From a virus (taxonomy: Duplodnaviria > Caudoviricetes), in IMG/VR virus record IMGVR_UViG_3300040806_001491, positions 1 through 61,545 of that record: DNA of 61,545 bases; one strand, written 5' to 3'. The notes below the pieces were generated by a model. The model was not told the DNA's origin. It ran no database searches and saw nothing but the letters and a program-made list of their open reading frames with translations. Shown here in pieces: positions 1-8,669 of this stretch; position 1 is the stretch's first letter; every line of letters begins with the position of its first letter. A program made the position numbers and the translations under genes.

Positions 1-2
1 AT

Positions 3-557
3 ATTGATCCTGCACAAACATTACGTTTTGAATTTTCAGATCCAATTGGTAGATCAGTTATTGATACACAAGGTATAACAACCGGTGCTATTGCAACTAA
101 CATTGCATTTAACACATCTAGAGGTACACCAACTGTTCCTAATGTTGTTAATCCTAGCGATTCACTAGCTCTTATTACAGCATCAGGATATGACGGTGCA
201 GCACAAACACTTAGCTCAACTATTGTAATGAGCGTAGACGGCAACAAATCAGTAAGTGTTGGCGATGTTCCTGGTAAGATTTCATTCTTACCAATCAATA
301 GCGGAGCACTAAGTGGAATTGGCGTAACTATTGATGCTGACAGCAAAATGACTGTCAATAGAGGCTATACTACTGTTGCTCAAGCAACTATGGACATCAA
401 CGGTACAATGCTACTAGAACCACAAACAAGTGCTCCAACAGCAGCAGCAGGTATGATTGCTGTAGCAGACGGAACTACTTGGGATCCTGCATCTAAAGGT
501 GGTGCGTTACCGTATCCAGTATTTTATGATGGAAGTGCTTGGAACGCACTATACTAA
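3..557 (+). CDS. 5'-truncated virion/tail-fibre-like protein (C-terminal part)
   Basis: The frame is open from base 3 (IDPAQTLRFEF...) to the stop at 557. G/T/A/S-rich, with an SRGT...GYDG segment and a C-terminal 'GMIAVADGTTWDP...PVFYDGSAW' module of the kind seen in phage fibre proteins. Confidence 0.6.
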   Translation: MDPAQTLRFEFSDPIGRSVIDTQGITTGAIATNIAFNTSRGTPTVPNVVNPSDSLALITASGYDGAAQTLSSTIVMSVDGNKSVSVGDVPGKISFLPINSGALSGIGVTIDADSKMTVNRGYTTVAQATMDINGTMLLEPQTSAPTAAAGMIAVADGTTWDPASKGGALPYPVFYDGSAWNALY

Positions 558-1240
558 TATAAAGAGTGCATACGCTGTATAAAGTCTGAAGAGTAATTAC
601 TCCTAAAACTTTCAAATACAAGTTTTTGTACATTAGATAATGGCATTGGTTGAGACACATCGATGCCATTATTCTTAAACAGAGCATAAGCACTTTCTAA
701 TCTGTCATCACTAAGATGACTTTCAATATCACTAAACAAAAGTGTTTCTTCTTTGTAATCATAACAAAAGAAGTAATTTATACATTTTAATTTTCCGTTT
801 ACAGGAAAATAACTACTAGGATGAAAACTAAATTTATAAAAACCTAGACTTTTATGTGCTTCTTCTATTTCTATGATTTGTTCTTGCCAGTCTGAAACTA
901 CAGAAGAATAATCATTACCTTCGCATCCTGCTTGATCCCACATATCAGAACCTTGTATTTCTAAGTATATTCTTTTGCTAACATGGTCTATTGCATCTAT
1001 TGTAGGAACGTGTTGCGGATAATGTTTTTGCATAAGTGTGAGATAATGAACTTCTCTAAGCCATTTTTCGTTCATCTTATTAGGATCTACAACCTTGTTC
1101 ATTCCTTTGTGATATTCAGTATCGTTGTGATACCACTGACAAAATATTTCTTTATCTTCGCTTATTAAGCTCGTGTAAATTAGATTGTTTCGACAAAGAC
1201 CTTTGCCCGGAACGTCATTGTAATAATAGTTAAAGTTCAT
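554..1240 (-). CDS. Protein-kinase-like fold protein with degenerate catalytic motifs
   Basis: Probable start is the ATG at 1240, 5 nt after TATAAGTA. Kinase-like order of elements: WLREVHYL (alphaC), VPTI...RIYLEIQG, HKSLGFYKFSFHPSS (catalytic-loop position), KLKCINYF (DFG position). Confidence 0.55.
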   Translation of the reverse strand: MNFNYYYNDVPGKGLCRNNLIYTSLISEDKEIFCQWYHNDTEYHKGMNKVVDPNKMNEKWLREVHYLTLMQKHYPQHVPTIDAIDHVSKRIYLEIQGSDMWDQAGCEGNDYSSVVSDWQEQIIEIEEAHKSLGFYKFSFHPSSYFPVNGKLKCINYFFCYDYKEETLLFSDIESHLSDDRLESAYALFKNNGIDVSQPMPLSNVQKLVFESFRSNYSSDFIQRMHSLY

Positions 1241-1245
1241 AAATA
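1238..1245 (+). promoter_or_regulatory. T4-type late promoter CATAAATA
   Basis: NATAAATA upstream of the GAGGA RBS and the ATG at 1268. Confidence 0.6.
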
Positions 1246-1253
1246 TACTTATA
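1246..1253 (-). promoter_or_regulatory. Late promoter variant TATAAGTA
   Basis: Lies 5 nt upstream of the ATG at 1240; the same octamer has the same spacing at 58899-58906. Confidence 0.5.
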
Positions 1254-1267
1254 TCAAGAGGATAAAC

Positions 1268-2086
1268 ATGATTAGAGGAATTGGTGGGAAACCATATATA
1301 GATCTTGACAAGTACTTGAACATTCCAAGTTTTCAAGCATTGCATCCAGAAATTTGTAAAGGCTTTGCAACAGCAAGACCATATGCTAAAGAAGGTACAT
1401 GGATGGAGCCTGGTTTTAATTTTGATGATTCTAGTTACATATTAAACTGGAAGCCTATATTTCAAACATTTAAAAAGTTTCAAAATCTACCAGATAACGA
1501 TCCTATTAAAGTTGAAGGAATGAAACTGTGGCCTAGTGACTTTAGAAACTTTGAAGAACGTAATATTTTTGTAAGATATTTAAAGGCTGCAATGGGTGCG
1601 CACGACCCTTACATATATTATTTTTTATGGGAAGATGCAAATAATATGAGCGATCGAGGAGAAATTGAGAGGCCTCCTACTCCGGAACAAGAACATTTTC
1701 CAAGTGTTGTAAAATGGGTTGAAAATTTAAAAACACAGGGTGTTATTGAACACATAGGTAGAGTTATATTCTTCTTTAGTGAGTCTAGTTCTAAACCATT
1801 TGAACATAGAGATATTGACCATAGTACACAAGGTGATGAAAACGGATATAGTAATCACAATATAGAATTTATACACATACGCCCTATGATGAAAAGAGGC
1901 TTTTATATATGGGATCCTGAAGCTAAAAAGAAAACATACGTTAACTCTCATTCGTGCTTCTTTAACGATCAAGACTGGCACGGTGGCGAATTTAGTATGG
2001 AGCAAGAATACGGACTACGTATAGATTGTAAATTTACTGATAAGTTTAAAAAACTACTTGGAATAGATCATCTTACACACTACTAG
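1268..2086 (+). CDS. 2OG-Fe(II) oxygenase (Asp/Asn beta-hydroxylase-like)
   Basis: HxD...H facial triad (FEHRD ... DWHGG) followed by a distal Arg (GLRID) in a beta-rich C-terminal half. Confidence 0.7.
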   Translation: MIRGIGGKPYIDLDKYLNIPSFQALHPEICKGFATARPYAKEGTWMEPGFNFDDSSYILNWKPIFQTFKKFQNLPDNDPIKVEGMKLWPSDFRNFEERNIFVRYLKAAMGAHDPYIYYFLWEDANNMSDRGEIERPPTPEQEHFPSVVKWVENLKTQGVIEHIGRVIFFFSESSSKPFEHRDIDHSTQGDENGYSNHNIEFIHIRPMMKRGFYIWDPEAKKKTYVNSHSCFFNDQDWHGGEFSMEQEYGLRIDCKFTDKFKKLLGIDHLTHY

Positions 2087-2756
2087 TAATACCTTCGGGT
2101 ATTACTTTTCTTAAACTAGACAGCATACTAGAGCATACTTCAAAAGATACAAATGTATCTCCTTTAAAAAAGTTATCTAGTTTACCTTGTTTATCTACAT
2201 AGTTGAGCCAGGGACTAATGTGTTTGTCAAATAAAAATCTAGAATTATATACTGTTCCTTGTAGTTTTACAAATACCCCGTTGTGTAAATTACCTCTTGT
2301 TAACAGTTCTCTAATTACTAGTTGTTTTCTTACTTTGTCACCGTGATTACTAGCTGTATGCAATCTTCCTGCATCCATGTACCACCATATACCGTCATAT
2401 ACTAAATTGTACATATCTAAATGTTCTAAGTCTATTAAAAAACTTTCTTCTCCAGATAAATTTATATGCCATCTATTATCAATATCAGAGTGTGACATAT
2501 AACAGTTGCCGGGTTCCATTTCTATAATACGAGCTTCGCCTTTTTGTGTAGGTAAAGAATTATATAGCTCTTCTAAAGGTGTATTTTTATAAATGTCTTT
2601 TAGTTTCCACGGATCGTAAAAGAAGTTTTCTGTTGGCTCGTTTAAAACAAGTTTATCACGTTCGCCTTTGACAACTTCAATGTCATTTGTTATAATATAA
2701 TTATTGCATTGATCTAAAAGATCTGTTGTAACTGTATATCCGGTATTTTCTAGCAT
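2073..2756 (-). CDS. 2OG-Fe(II) oxygenase (Asp/Asn beta-hydroxylase family)
   Basis: ARIIEMEPG..YMSHSD..RWHINL ... DAGRLHTASN..VRKQLV gives the HxD, H and R pattern of the family. Confidence 0.75.
   Translation of the reverse strand: MLENTGYTVTTDLLDQCNNYIITNDIEVVKGERDKLVLNEPTENFFYDPWKLKDIYKNTPLEELYNSLPTQKGEARIIEMEPGNCYMSHSDIDNRWHINLSGEESFLIDLEHLDMYNLVYDGIWWYMDAGRLHTASNHGDKVRKQLVIRELLTRGNLHNGVFVKLQGTVYNSRFLFDKHISPWLNYVDKQGKLDNFFKGDTFVSFEVCSSMLSSLRKVIPEGITSSV
2085..2110 (+). terminator. Intrinsic terminator with cUUCGg tetraloop
   Basis: Perfect 9-bp stem AGTAATACC-TTCG-GGTATTACT followed by a T-rich tract, directly at the stop of 1268..2086. Confidence 0.75.
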
Positions 2757-2760
2757 AAAG

Positions 2761-2804
2761 TATTTACCAGGTCTACGTTAAGTGCTATGTTTACTTGGTA
2801 AATA
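2761..2804. promoter_or_regulatory. Divergent pair of late promoters (GGTAAATA on each strand)
   Basis: TATTTACCA (2761-2769) and TGGTAAATA (2796-2804) form an inverted repeat; each TAAATA is 4-5 nt before an ATG (2756 minus, 2810 plus). Confidence 0.65.
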
Positions 2805-2809
2805 TTTGC

Positions 2810-3526
2810 ATGGACATAGATGGCGTTAACATTCCAATTAACCCTAACTGGAAAAGAATAGGTATTAGTATAAGTGGTGGTGCAGACAGTGCATTACTCA
2901 CATACTTAGTTGCAAGTAATACTAATGCACAAATTTATCTTACCAATCAAATACGATGTTGGAAAACTAGGCCTTGGCAAGAATATATAGCAGACAAAGT
3001 TATACAATGGCTAATGATGGAATTTGATAATATTGTTGGTGTTGAAAGAAATTTTATTCCGCCAGATCTTGAGTGGGGTCGTAAAGGTCAAAATATAGTA
3101 GACGAATATGGAAAACTAAAAAGCGGTAATCAAATTATACTTAGAAGTTATAATGAGTACATAGGACATAAGTATAATTTAGATGCTTGGTTTGCAGCTA
3201 TTAATAAAAATCCAGACATAGATATACCAGGTGCATTAGAAGATAGAAACGAAGGACATATACCTCCAATATTAGAACACATGGGCTGTACTATATGTCA
3301 TCCTTTTGTACATGTAATGAAAGACTGGATTATCAAACAATACTATAGATTAAAAATTACAGATCTGTTAGAACTTACTAGAAGCTGCGAAGGTGATGCT
3401 TTTGACTATCCAGAAGTATTTGGAGATTTAGATTATACTAATTATATACCAGGACAAAAAATTCCAGAATGCGGGAAATGTTTTTGGTGTAAAGAAAGGG
3501 AGTGGGCTCTTGCCAAAATCAAATAG
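2810..3526 (+). CDS. QueC-like PP-loop ATP pyrophosphatase (adenine nucleotide alpha-hydrolase)
   Basis: ISGGADS PP-loop; C-terminal Zn motif RSCEG...CGKCFWCKER. The ATG at 2810 is preferred over the track's start at 2795. Confidence 0.7.
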   Translation: MDIDGVNIPINPNWKRIGISISGGADSALLTYLVASNTNAQIYLTNQIRCWKTRPWQEYIADKVIQWLMMEFDNIVGVERNFIPPDLEWGRKGQNIVDEYGKLKSGNQIILRSYNEYIGHKYNLDAWFAAINKNPDIDIPGALEDRNEGHIPPILEHMGCTICHPFVHVMKDWIIKQYYRLKITDLLELTRSCEGDAFDYPEVFGDLDYTNYIPGQKIPECGKCFWCKEREWALAKIK

Positions 3527-4781
3527 TTGTACATTTTGTATGCATCCATTTACTGGATTAGCTACTAGAGAAGACGGTGCTATTAAAGTATGCTGCCGTA
3601 GCCAGCCAATTGGATGGATACAAAACGAAACTTTGGAAGAAGTTTGGAACGGTGATGCTATGCGTGAAGTGCGCAGACAAGTACTCAATAACGAGCGTCC
3701 AGATGTATGTAAGCCATGCTTTGACCTCGAAGATCAGGGGGTACAGAGCTTACGACAGCGTCATACAGCAGGTGTTATACCTGAAGCTAGGGTCAACTTA
3801 TACCCTGATGCATTAGACGCTTTAAACGACGATTACACAATGCCTTTTGAACTTCCTACTATGGAGATTAAACTTAACAATTTATGTAATTTAAGATGTC
3901 GTATGTGTAACCCACTAGATAGTACTAGTTGGAAAGATTGGGATCAAGTTACAGAGTTTTACAAAAAAGAAAATAACATTTTGATTCCAATTATTGACGA
4001 ACTTACTGATACACCAGGACAGTATATTGGTCCATTTGATAACAGCGATAATTGGTGGGAATCATTTGAAAAATTATTGCCCTATTTCCGTAGGGTAGAA
4101 TTTGCAGGCGGTGAGCCGTTAATGGATCCGTACCATTATAAAATACTTGATAGACTTGCAGAATACGGCGATAATATAGAATTAAAGTATGCTACAAACG
4201 GCACTACGCTAGGTATAAAAGGCGGACGTACTATACACGACTATTGGCCTAAGTTTAGAAGCATAGCTGTAAACGTAAGCATAGACGGTGTACATGACGT
4301 TTACGAGTACATTAGAGGCAACGGTAAGTTTAGCGAGATAGAAGAAAATGTAAAAGTATTCCAAAGTTTTCCTAACGTAACTAGAGTAGTGGGTGCATTT
4401 ACTGTACAAGCAAACAACATCATGCAAATTGATAAAGTAATTGATTACTTCATTAACAAAATGGGCATTGTGTTTTATTCACATCGTGTAAACTATCCAA
4501 TGGTATTAAGCGCACAAGTATTGCCGCCTCAACTAAAAGCAAAAGTTGTTGATAGGCTAGAACAAATGAAAACCGAAATACTTGAATATCCTTTGGTACA
4601 ACAACATAAACTGTTAGAACAAATTACCTTGCAACAGATACAAGATAACATTAATTTTCTAGAATCAAAATGTATGTATAGCTCGCACTGGAAAGACTGT
4701 GTAGAGTTTAATAAGCGTTTAGATAAAACTAGAGGACAAGATTTTCTATCAGCAAATCCGGAGTTTGCAGATTATGTATAA
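3510..4781 (+). CDS. Radical SAM enzyme with N-terminal twitch/SPASM-like Cys cluster
   Basis: CNLRCRMC (CxxxCxxC), AGGEP; N-terminal FCMHPF..VCC..CKPC. Confidence 0.9.
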   Translation: MPKSNSCTFCMHPFTGLATREDGAIKVCCRSQPIGWIQNETLEEVWNGDAMREVRRQVLNNERPDVCKPCFDLEDQGVQSLRQRHTAGVIPEARVNLYPDALDALNDDYTMPFELPTMEIKLNNLCNLRCRMCNPLDSTSWKDWDQVTEFYKKENNILIPIIDELTDTPGQYIGPFDNSDNWWESFEKLLPYFRRVEFAGGEPLMDPYHYKILDRLAEYGDNIELKYATNGTTLGIKGGRTIHDYWPKFRSIAVNVSIDGVHDVYEYIRGNGKFSEIEENVKVFQSFPNVTRVVGAFTVQANNIMQIDKVIDYFINKMGIVFYSHRVNYPMVLSAQVLPPQLKAKVVDRLEQMKTEILEYPLVQQHKLLEQITLQQIQDNINFLESKCMYSSHWKDCVEFNKRLDKTRGQDFLSANPEFADYV

Positions 4782-5673
4782 AGTAACAAGCAAATGGCCA
4801 CATCAAGATAGTGTAAAAATAGAATGGAATATAGGCAAAAGATGCAATCTTGATTGTGCATACTGTCCGTCATTTATACATGATAACTTTAGCCCTCATA
4901 CAGACATAGATGTTTTTAAAAAAGCATTAGCTGAATTATCAAAAATGAATAAACCTTTGAGAATTAGTTTTACAGGCGGCGAGCCATGCGTACACCCTAA
5001 TATTATAGATATAGTCGAGTCGACTAGAGAAGTAGCAGATTGGATTAATATTACTACTAACGGTACACTTCCATATAAGTTATATGGTAGATTACCTGTC
5101 GATCATTATGTTTTTAGTCTACACTTTGATAATGAAGTTGTAGAAAAAACAGTAAACAATATATTGTACTGGAGTCAGTTAAATGATATGGAAAGAAATA
5201 TTCCTTATCAGGTTAATCTAATGGCTCATCATCAGTATATGGATCGTGTAAAAGAAAGCTGTTGTGTATTAGATGGACATAGCGTTCCTTATGTTATTCG
5301 TAGAATAAGATGGACCGAAGGCGATCACGATTGGTTTGACGACATGAGATATGACTCAAAGGATTTAGAATGGATCCTAGACCATAATGCTACAGTTAAA
5401 GCAAATTGTTTAATAGATGATACTGAAGAAATGCATGCCAACGATATTATTAAACATCATAAAAATCAATTTAAAGGTTGGAAATGTAACGCAGGTATTG
5501 AAAGTTTAATGATTAATTGGGACGGTGAAGTACATCGAGCTACGTGCAGAGTGGGTGGGAGTTTAGGTAACATCTATAGTGGCACATTTGAAATTCCTAC
5601 CGAACCAATTACATGTACACGTAATTGGTGTACATGTGCTGCGGATATACCGTTAACTAAAGTTTCCACTTAG
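4774..5673 (+). CDS. Radical SAM enzyme with C-terminal twitch-like cluster
   Basis: CNLDCAYC, TGGEP, TTNG; C-terminal CNAG...ATC...CTRNWCTCAAD. The ATG at 4774 overlaps the end of the upstream gene. Confidence 0.9.
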   Translation: MYKVTSKWPHQDSVKIEWNIGKRCNLDCAYCPSFIHDNFSPHTDIDVFKKALAELSKMNKPLRISFTGGEPCVHPNIIDIVESTREVADWINITTNGTLPYKLYGRLPVDHYVFSLHFDNEVVEKTVNNILYWSQLNDMERNIPYQVNLMAHHQYMDRVKESCCVLDGHSVPYVIRRIRWTEGDHDWFDDMRYDSKDLEWILDHNATVKANCLIDDTEEMHANDIIKHHKNQFKGWKCNAGIESLMINWDGEVHRATCRVGGSLGNIYSGTFEIPTEPITCTRNWCTCAADIPLTKVST

Positions 5674-6655
5674 TAATATGTGTGTCGGGTTGACATCCGC
5701 ATGTTTTATAAGGACAAGTAAATCTGTCAATCTTACTTCTAACATTTTTTAATTTTTCTGTAAATCCTTCTTCAAAAATATTAAAATCTTCTGTTTTAAA
5801 GATAGCAACATTACAACTACCTGTAAGTGAGCCGTCAAAATTTATGCACAAATTTTCATATAACACATTACACTTCCATCCTTGAAAGTGGTTTTCATCA
5901 TTGTTTATATAATCACCTGAACGCTTTGGTAATACACTATCGTTATCGTATAATGCAATACTATCGTGTATCCTAAAGAGATGCATATTTTTTAATAAAA
6001 AATCACTTTCAGGAAGTCTTTTTAATCCACTATTCATATATTCTATCATTTCGGGAGTATAACTTAAATTGTCTTTGCCTTCACATTGTATTACAGGTTT
6101 TGCTTCTATAAACCAAGGGTTTTTACTCGTTTTAAATTTTTCTATAATGTCTTTACATTTTTCAAAATACTCTGCATCCATTAATACTAGAGCTGTAACA
6201 GACACGCCTTGTTCATAAAGATAATCACAAACTTCTATGGTATGATCAATGTCAGCAAATTCATGATGTACACTTAGTGTAACTTTATCAAGATACTTAC
6301 TATGGTTTTCCCACCACCTTAGTGTTCTACTACCGTTTGTTGTTACTGTAAATTCTATGTCATAGACTTTAGATAATCTGTCACAAAATTCTCCAAAGTA
6401 AGGCCATAGTGTAGGTTCGCCTCCTCCTGCAAGATTTAGTTCTACTTTGTTTTTATTATAATGTACACGATAAAACTCAAATAAAGCACTAAAGTTTTTT
6501 ACAATAGTATCTATATTTTTTGAGTATCTGTGTACTCCGTCTTTGCTACCCGGAAAACAATATGTACAATTAAAGTTACATATATCCGTTGGAAAAAATC
6601 TAATGTCTAAAACATCTTTAGGAACAAGACTTACAATTTTTTTTAATTGTGTCAT
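5657..6655 (-). CDS. Radical SAM enzyme with C-terminal twitch-like cluster
   Basis: CNFNCTYC, GGGEPT, TTNGS; C-terminal CNV...GSC...CPYKTCGCQPD. Confidence 0.9.
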   Translation of the reverse strand: MTQLKKIVSLVPKDVLDIRFFPTDICNFNCTYCFPGSKDGVHRYSKNIDTIVKNFSALFEFYRVHYNKNKVELNLAGGGEPTLWPYFGEFCDRLSKVYDIEFTVTTNGSRTLRWWENHSKYLDKVTLSVHHEFADIDHTIEVCDYLYEQGVSVTALVLMDAEYFEKCKDIIEKFKTSKNPWFIEAKPVIQCEGKDNLSYTPEMIEYMNSGLKRLPESDFLLKNMHLFRIHDSIALYDNDSVLPKRSGDYINNDENHFQGWKCNVLYENLCINFDGSLTGSCNVAIFKTEDFNIFEEGFTEKLKNVRSKIDRFTCPYKTCGCQPDTHITKWKL

Positions 6656-8070
6656 AGTAAATGTGCTAACTCCGGAAATATTTTTGCAGCATTTAAACCT
6701 CGAATATTGTCTAATTTATTTACATATTCTTTAAATCCTGGTAACATATGACTGTTATCTTGTGCATTCATATGTTTTAGAACAGCCTCCCAACGTTTCC
6801 ATCCGTAAGGGTTATGTTTCCAATAGTCGTCATCTTGTCTATAGTTTTTCCATAACCAGTCTTTAAAGTCCATAAATCTTTCTTCTACTTCTTGTTTGTC
6901 TTCTTTAGGTAGAATCTGAATGCTTAAAAACGTAGGAATGTATAATAAGTGCATATTAACTAATCCGCCGCCCATTTGTATACCACCTGGAACATTACCT
7001 GAATTTAACTTTTTAAATCCGCTTTCAACTTTCCACTTCATAAAGTCAGGCAAATGCTTTACATTGAATATCTGTATTGCTGTTGCTAAACTTGTTTGTA
7101 TATTATCCGGAGTATTATCAAGCAAATGTAATGTACGTTCTACAGTTTCAAAGTCAGTAGGATAACGTATGTACTCATCACGTTCATGACATGCATCCAT
7201 ACTTACAGCAAATTTTACTTTTTTAAATTTACTCCATAATTCAATTAGATCGTCATCAACAAGTAGCCCATTTGAATTGTAACGTAGCAAAATTTTATCC
7301 TGATAACCTTGACGTACAATTTCTTCAATAAATTCTTTATGCTCTTTTATCATCAACGGTTCGCCGCCGGCAAAATAAACCTGCTTTAGGTTAGGAATTT
7401 GTCTATACATTTCTTCCCAGAATGTATCTTTTTCATGCCACTTGTTATTGAATTCTTTTTTATCCCACATCATTTGACGCTTAACATCTGGGTCTTGTAA
7501 TACAGGTATTAACTGTTGCCAGTCTTTAACCCATTTGCTACTATCATGCGGACTACACATTACACACTTGATATTACATGTATGTCCTAAACGTAAATCT
7601 AAATATACTAACTCTTCTGGTATTGTACCATCTTCTTTAGTTTGTTTAACTAGTTCGGCCATATCAACACCGTCTTCGTCGTGTTGCCAAGTAGCACTTT
7701 CCCAAATACGCTTACTAACTACGCCAACTTTTTCTTCTTCAAAGCATTTACGACAACTAGCAGGTATTTCTCCTGCAAGCATAGTTGTACGTACACTTTT
7801 CATATAATCATTGTTCCAGGCTTCCATAGGTGTTTCACGACCAAAGTTTGCTGGCTTGCCGTTTTCCATTTTAACTAAGCCTACTTCGTGATCGTTTCCT
7901 GCACCGCTGGCGTTTGCACTACAGCACAATCGCATATCGCCATTTGGTCTTGTAGCAAAGTGTATCCAAGGTAACACACAAAATGTAGGTGTGCCTGTTA
8001 ATGTTTCAATTTCTCGTTGAAACTTTCCTAATTTAGTATCTTCTGGGTTATACCAATACTTGTCTGTCAT
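6652..8070 (-). CDS. Radical SAM enzyme with N-terminal twitch/SPASM-like Cys cluster
   Basis: CNIKCVMC, FAGGEPL; N-terminal FCVLPW..LCC..CRKC; same architecture as 3510..4781. Confidence 0.9.
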   Translation of the reverse strand: MTDKYWYNPEDTKLGKFQREIETLTGTPTFCVLPWIHFATRPNGDMRLCCSANASGAGNDHEVGLVKMENGKPANFGRETPMEAWNNDYMKSVRTTMLAGEIPASCRKCFEEEKVGVVSKRIWESATWQHDEDGVDMAELVKQTKEDGTIPEELVYLDLRLGHTCNIKCVMCSPHDSSKWVKDWQQLIPVLQDPDVKRQMMWDKKEFNNKWHEKDTFWEEMYRQIPNLKQVYFAGGEPLMIKEHKEFIEEIVRQGYQDKILLRYNSNGLLVDDDLIELWSKFKKVKFAVSMDACHERDEYIRYPTDFETVERTLHLLDNTPDNIQTSLATAIQIFNVKHLPDFMKWKVESGFKKLNSGNVPGGIQMGGGLVNMHLLYIPTFLSIQILPKEDKQEVEERFMDFKDWLWKNYRQDDDYWKHNPYGWKRWEAVLKHMNAQDNSHMLPGFKEYVNKLDNIRGLNAAKIFPELAHLL

Positions 8071-8669
8071 TAGTGATGTTTCCCTACTATCATGTATCTT
8101 TCATATTTTGGTGTTTCAAATGTTTCTGCAAAATAAGGAGCAACATCTGACATTTTAATAAAGTCAATTATATCTGTTGCACATCTTACATGCTCTTCAT
8201 GCTCAAAGTAATTATTGCTTTGTATGACTACTGTTGCAAAATGCGGTAATTTTTTTAACCATTTATTATATTGTTCTTGTGTAAGATGTTCACAGCTAGT
8301 GTTTATAACTATATCGGCTTTATAATCATAGTCACACATATCTGCTGTAACGGCTTCAAATCTTCCTTCAATTTCTTGACGTTTGTTTATTGTACGTGCT
8401 ATTTCCTCGCATGTAGGATCTATATCAACACTAACAATAGACTCTATATTAATTTTACTATTAAACAATAGGCTTGCTAGCACACCATTCCAGCCGCCGT
8501 GTATAACAATCTTATTCTTTGACGGCAAAGCAAATGTTTCTAAAGTTTCTACTAACCAAACTTTACTCCTTATTTGTCCTTTCCAAAAACTTTCAAGAGT
8601 ACGGAATTTATCGTCACTATTGCGTATTGCATCCATCCAAAAAAGTACATCTTCTATCTCAACTTTCAT
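8070..8669 (-). CDS. Class I SAM-dependent methyltransferase
   Basis: IVIHGGWNG (motif I-like), VSVDID (motif II), ADM, DIVINTSCEH. Confidence 0.7.
   Translation of the reverse strand: MKVEIEDVLFWMDAIRNSDDKFRTLESFWKGQIRSKVWLVETLETFALPSKNKIVIHGGWNGVLASLLFNSKINIESIVSVDIDPTCEEIARTINKRQEIEGRFEAVTADMCDYDYKADIVINTSCEHLTQEQYNKWLKKLPHFATVVIQSNNYFEHEEHVRCATDIIDFIKMSDVAPYFAETFETPKYERYMIVGKHH

Noticed and set aside
3577-3816. Alternate-frame 79-aa ORF inside a radical SAM gene
   Set aside because: GTG start with a weak RBS and no clear independent signal; weaker than the 8959..9168 case.
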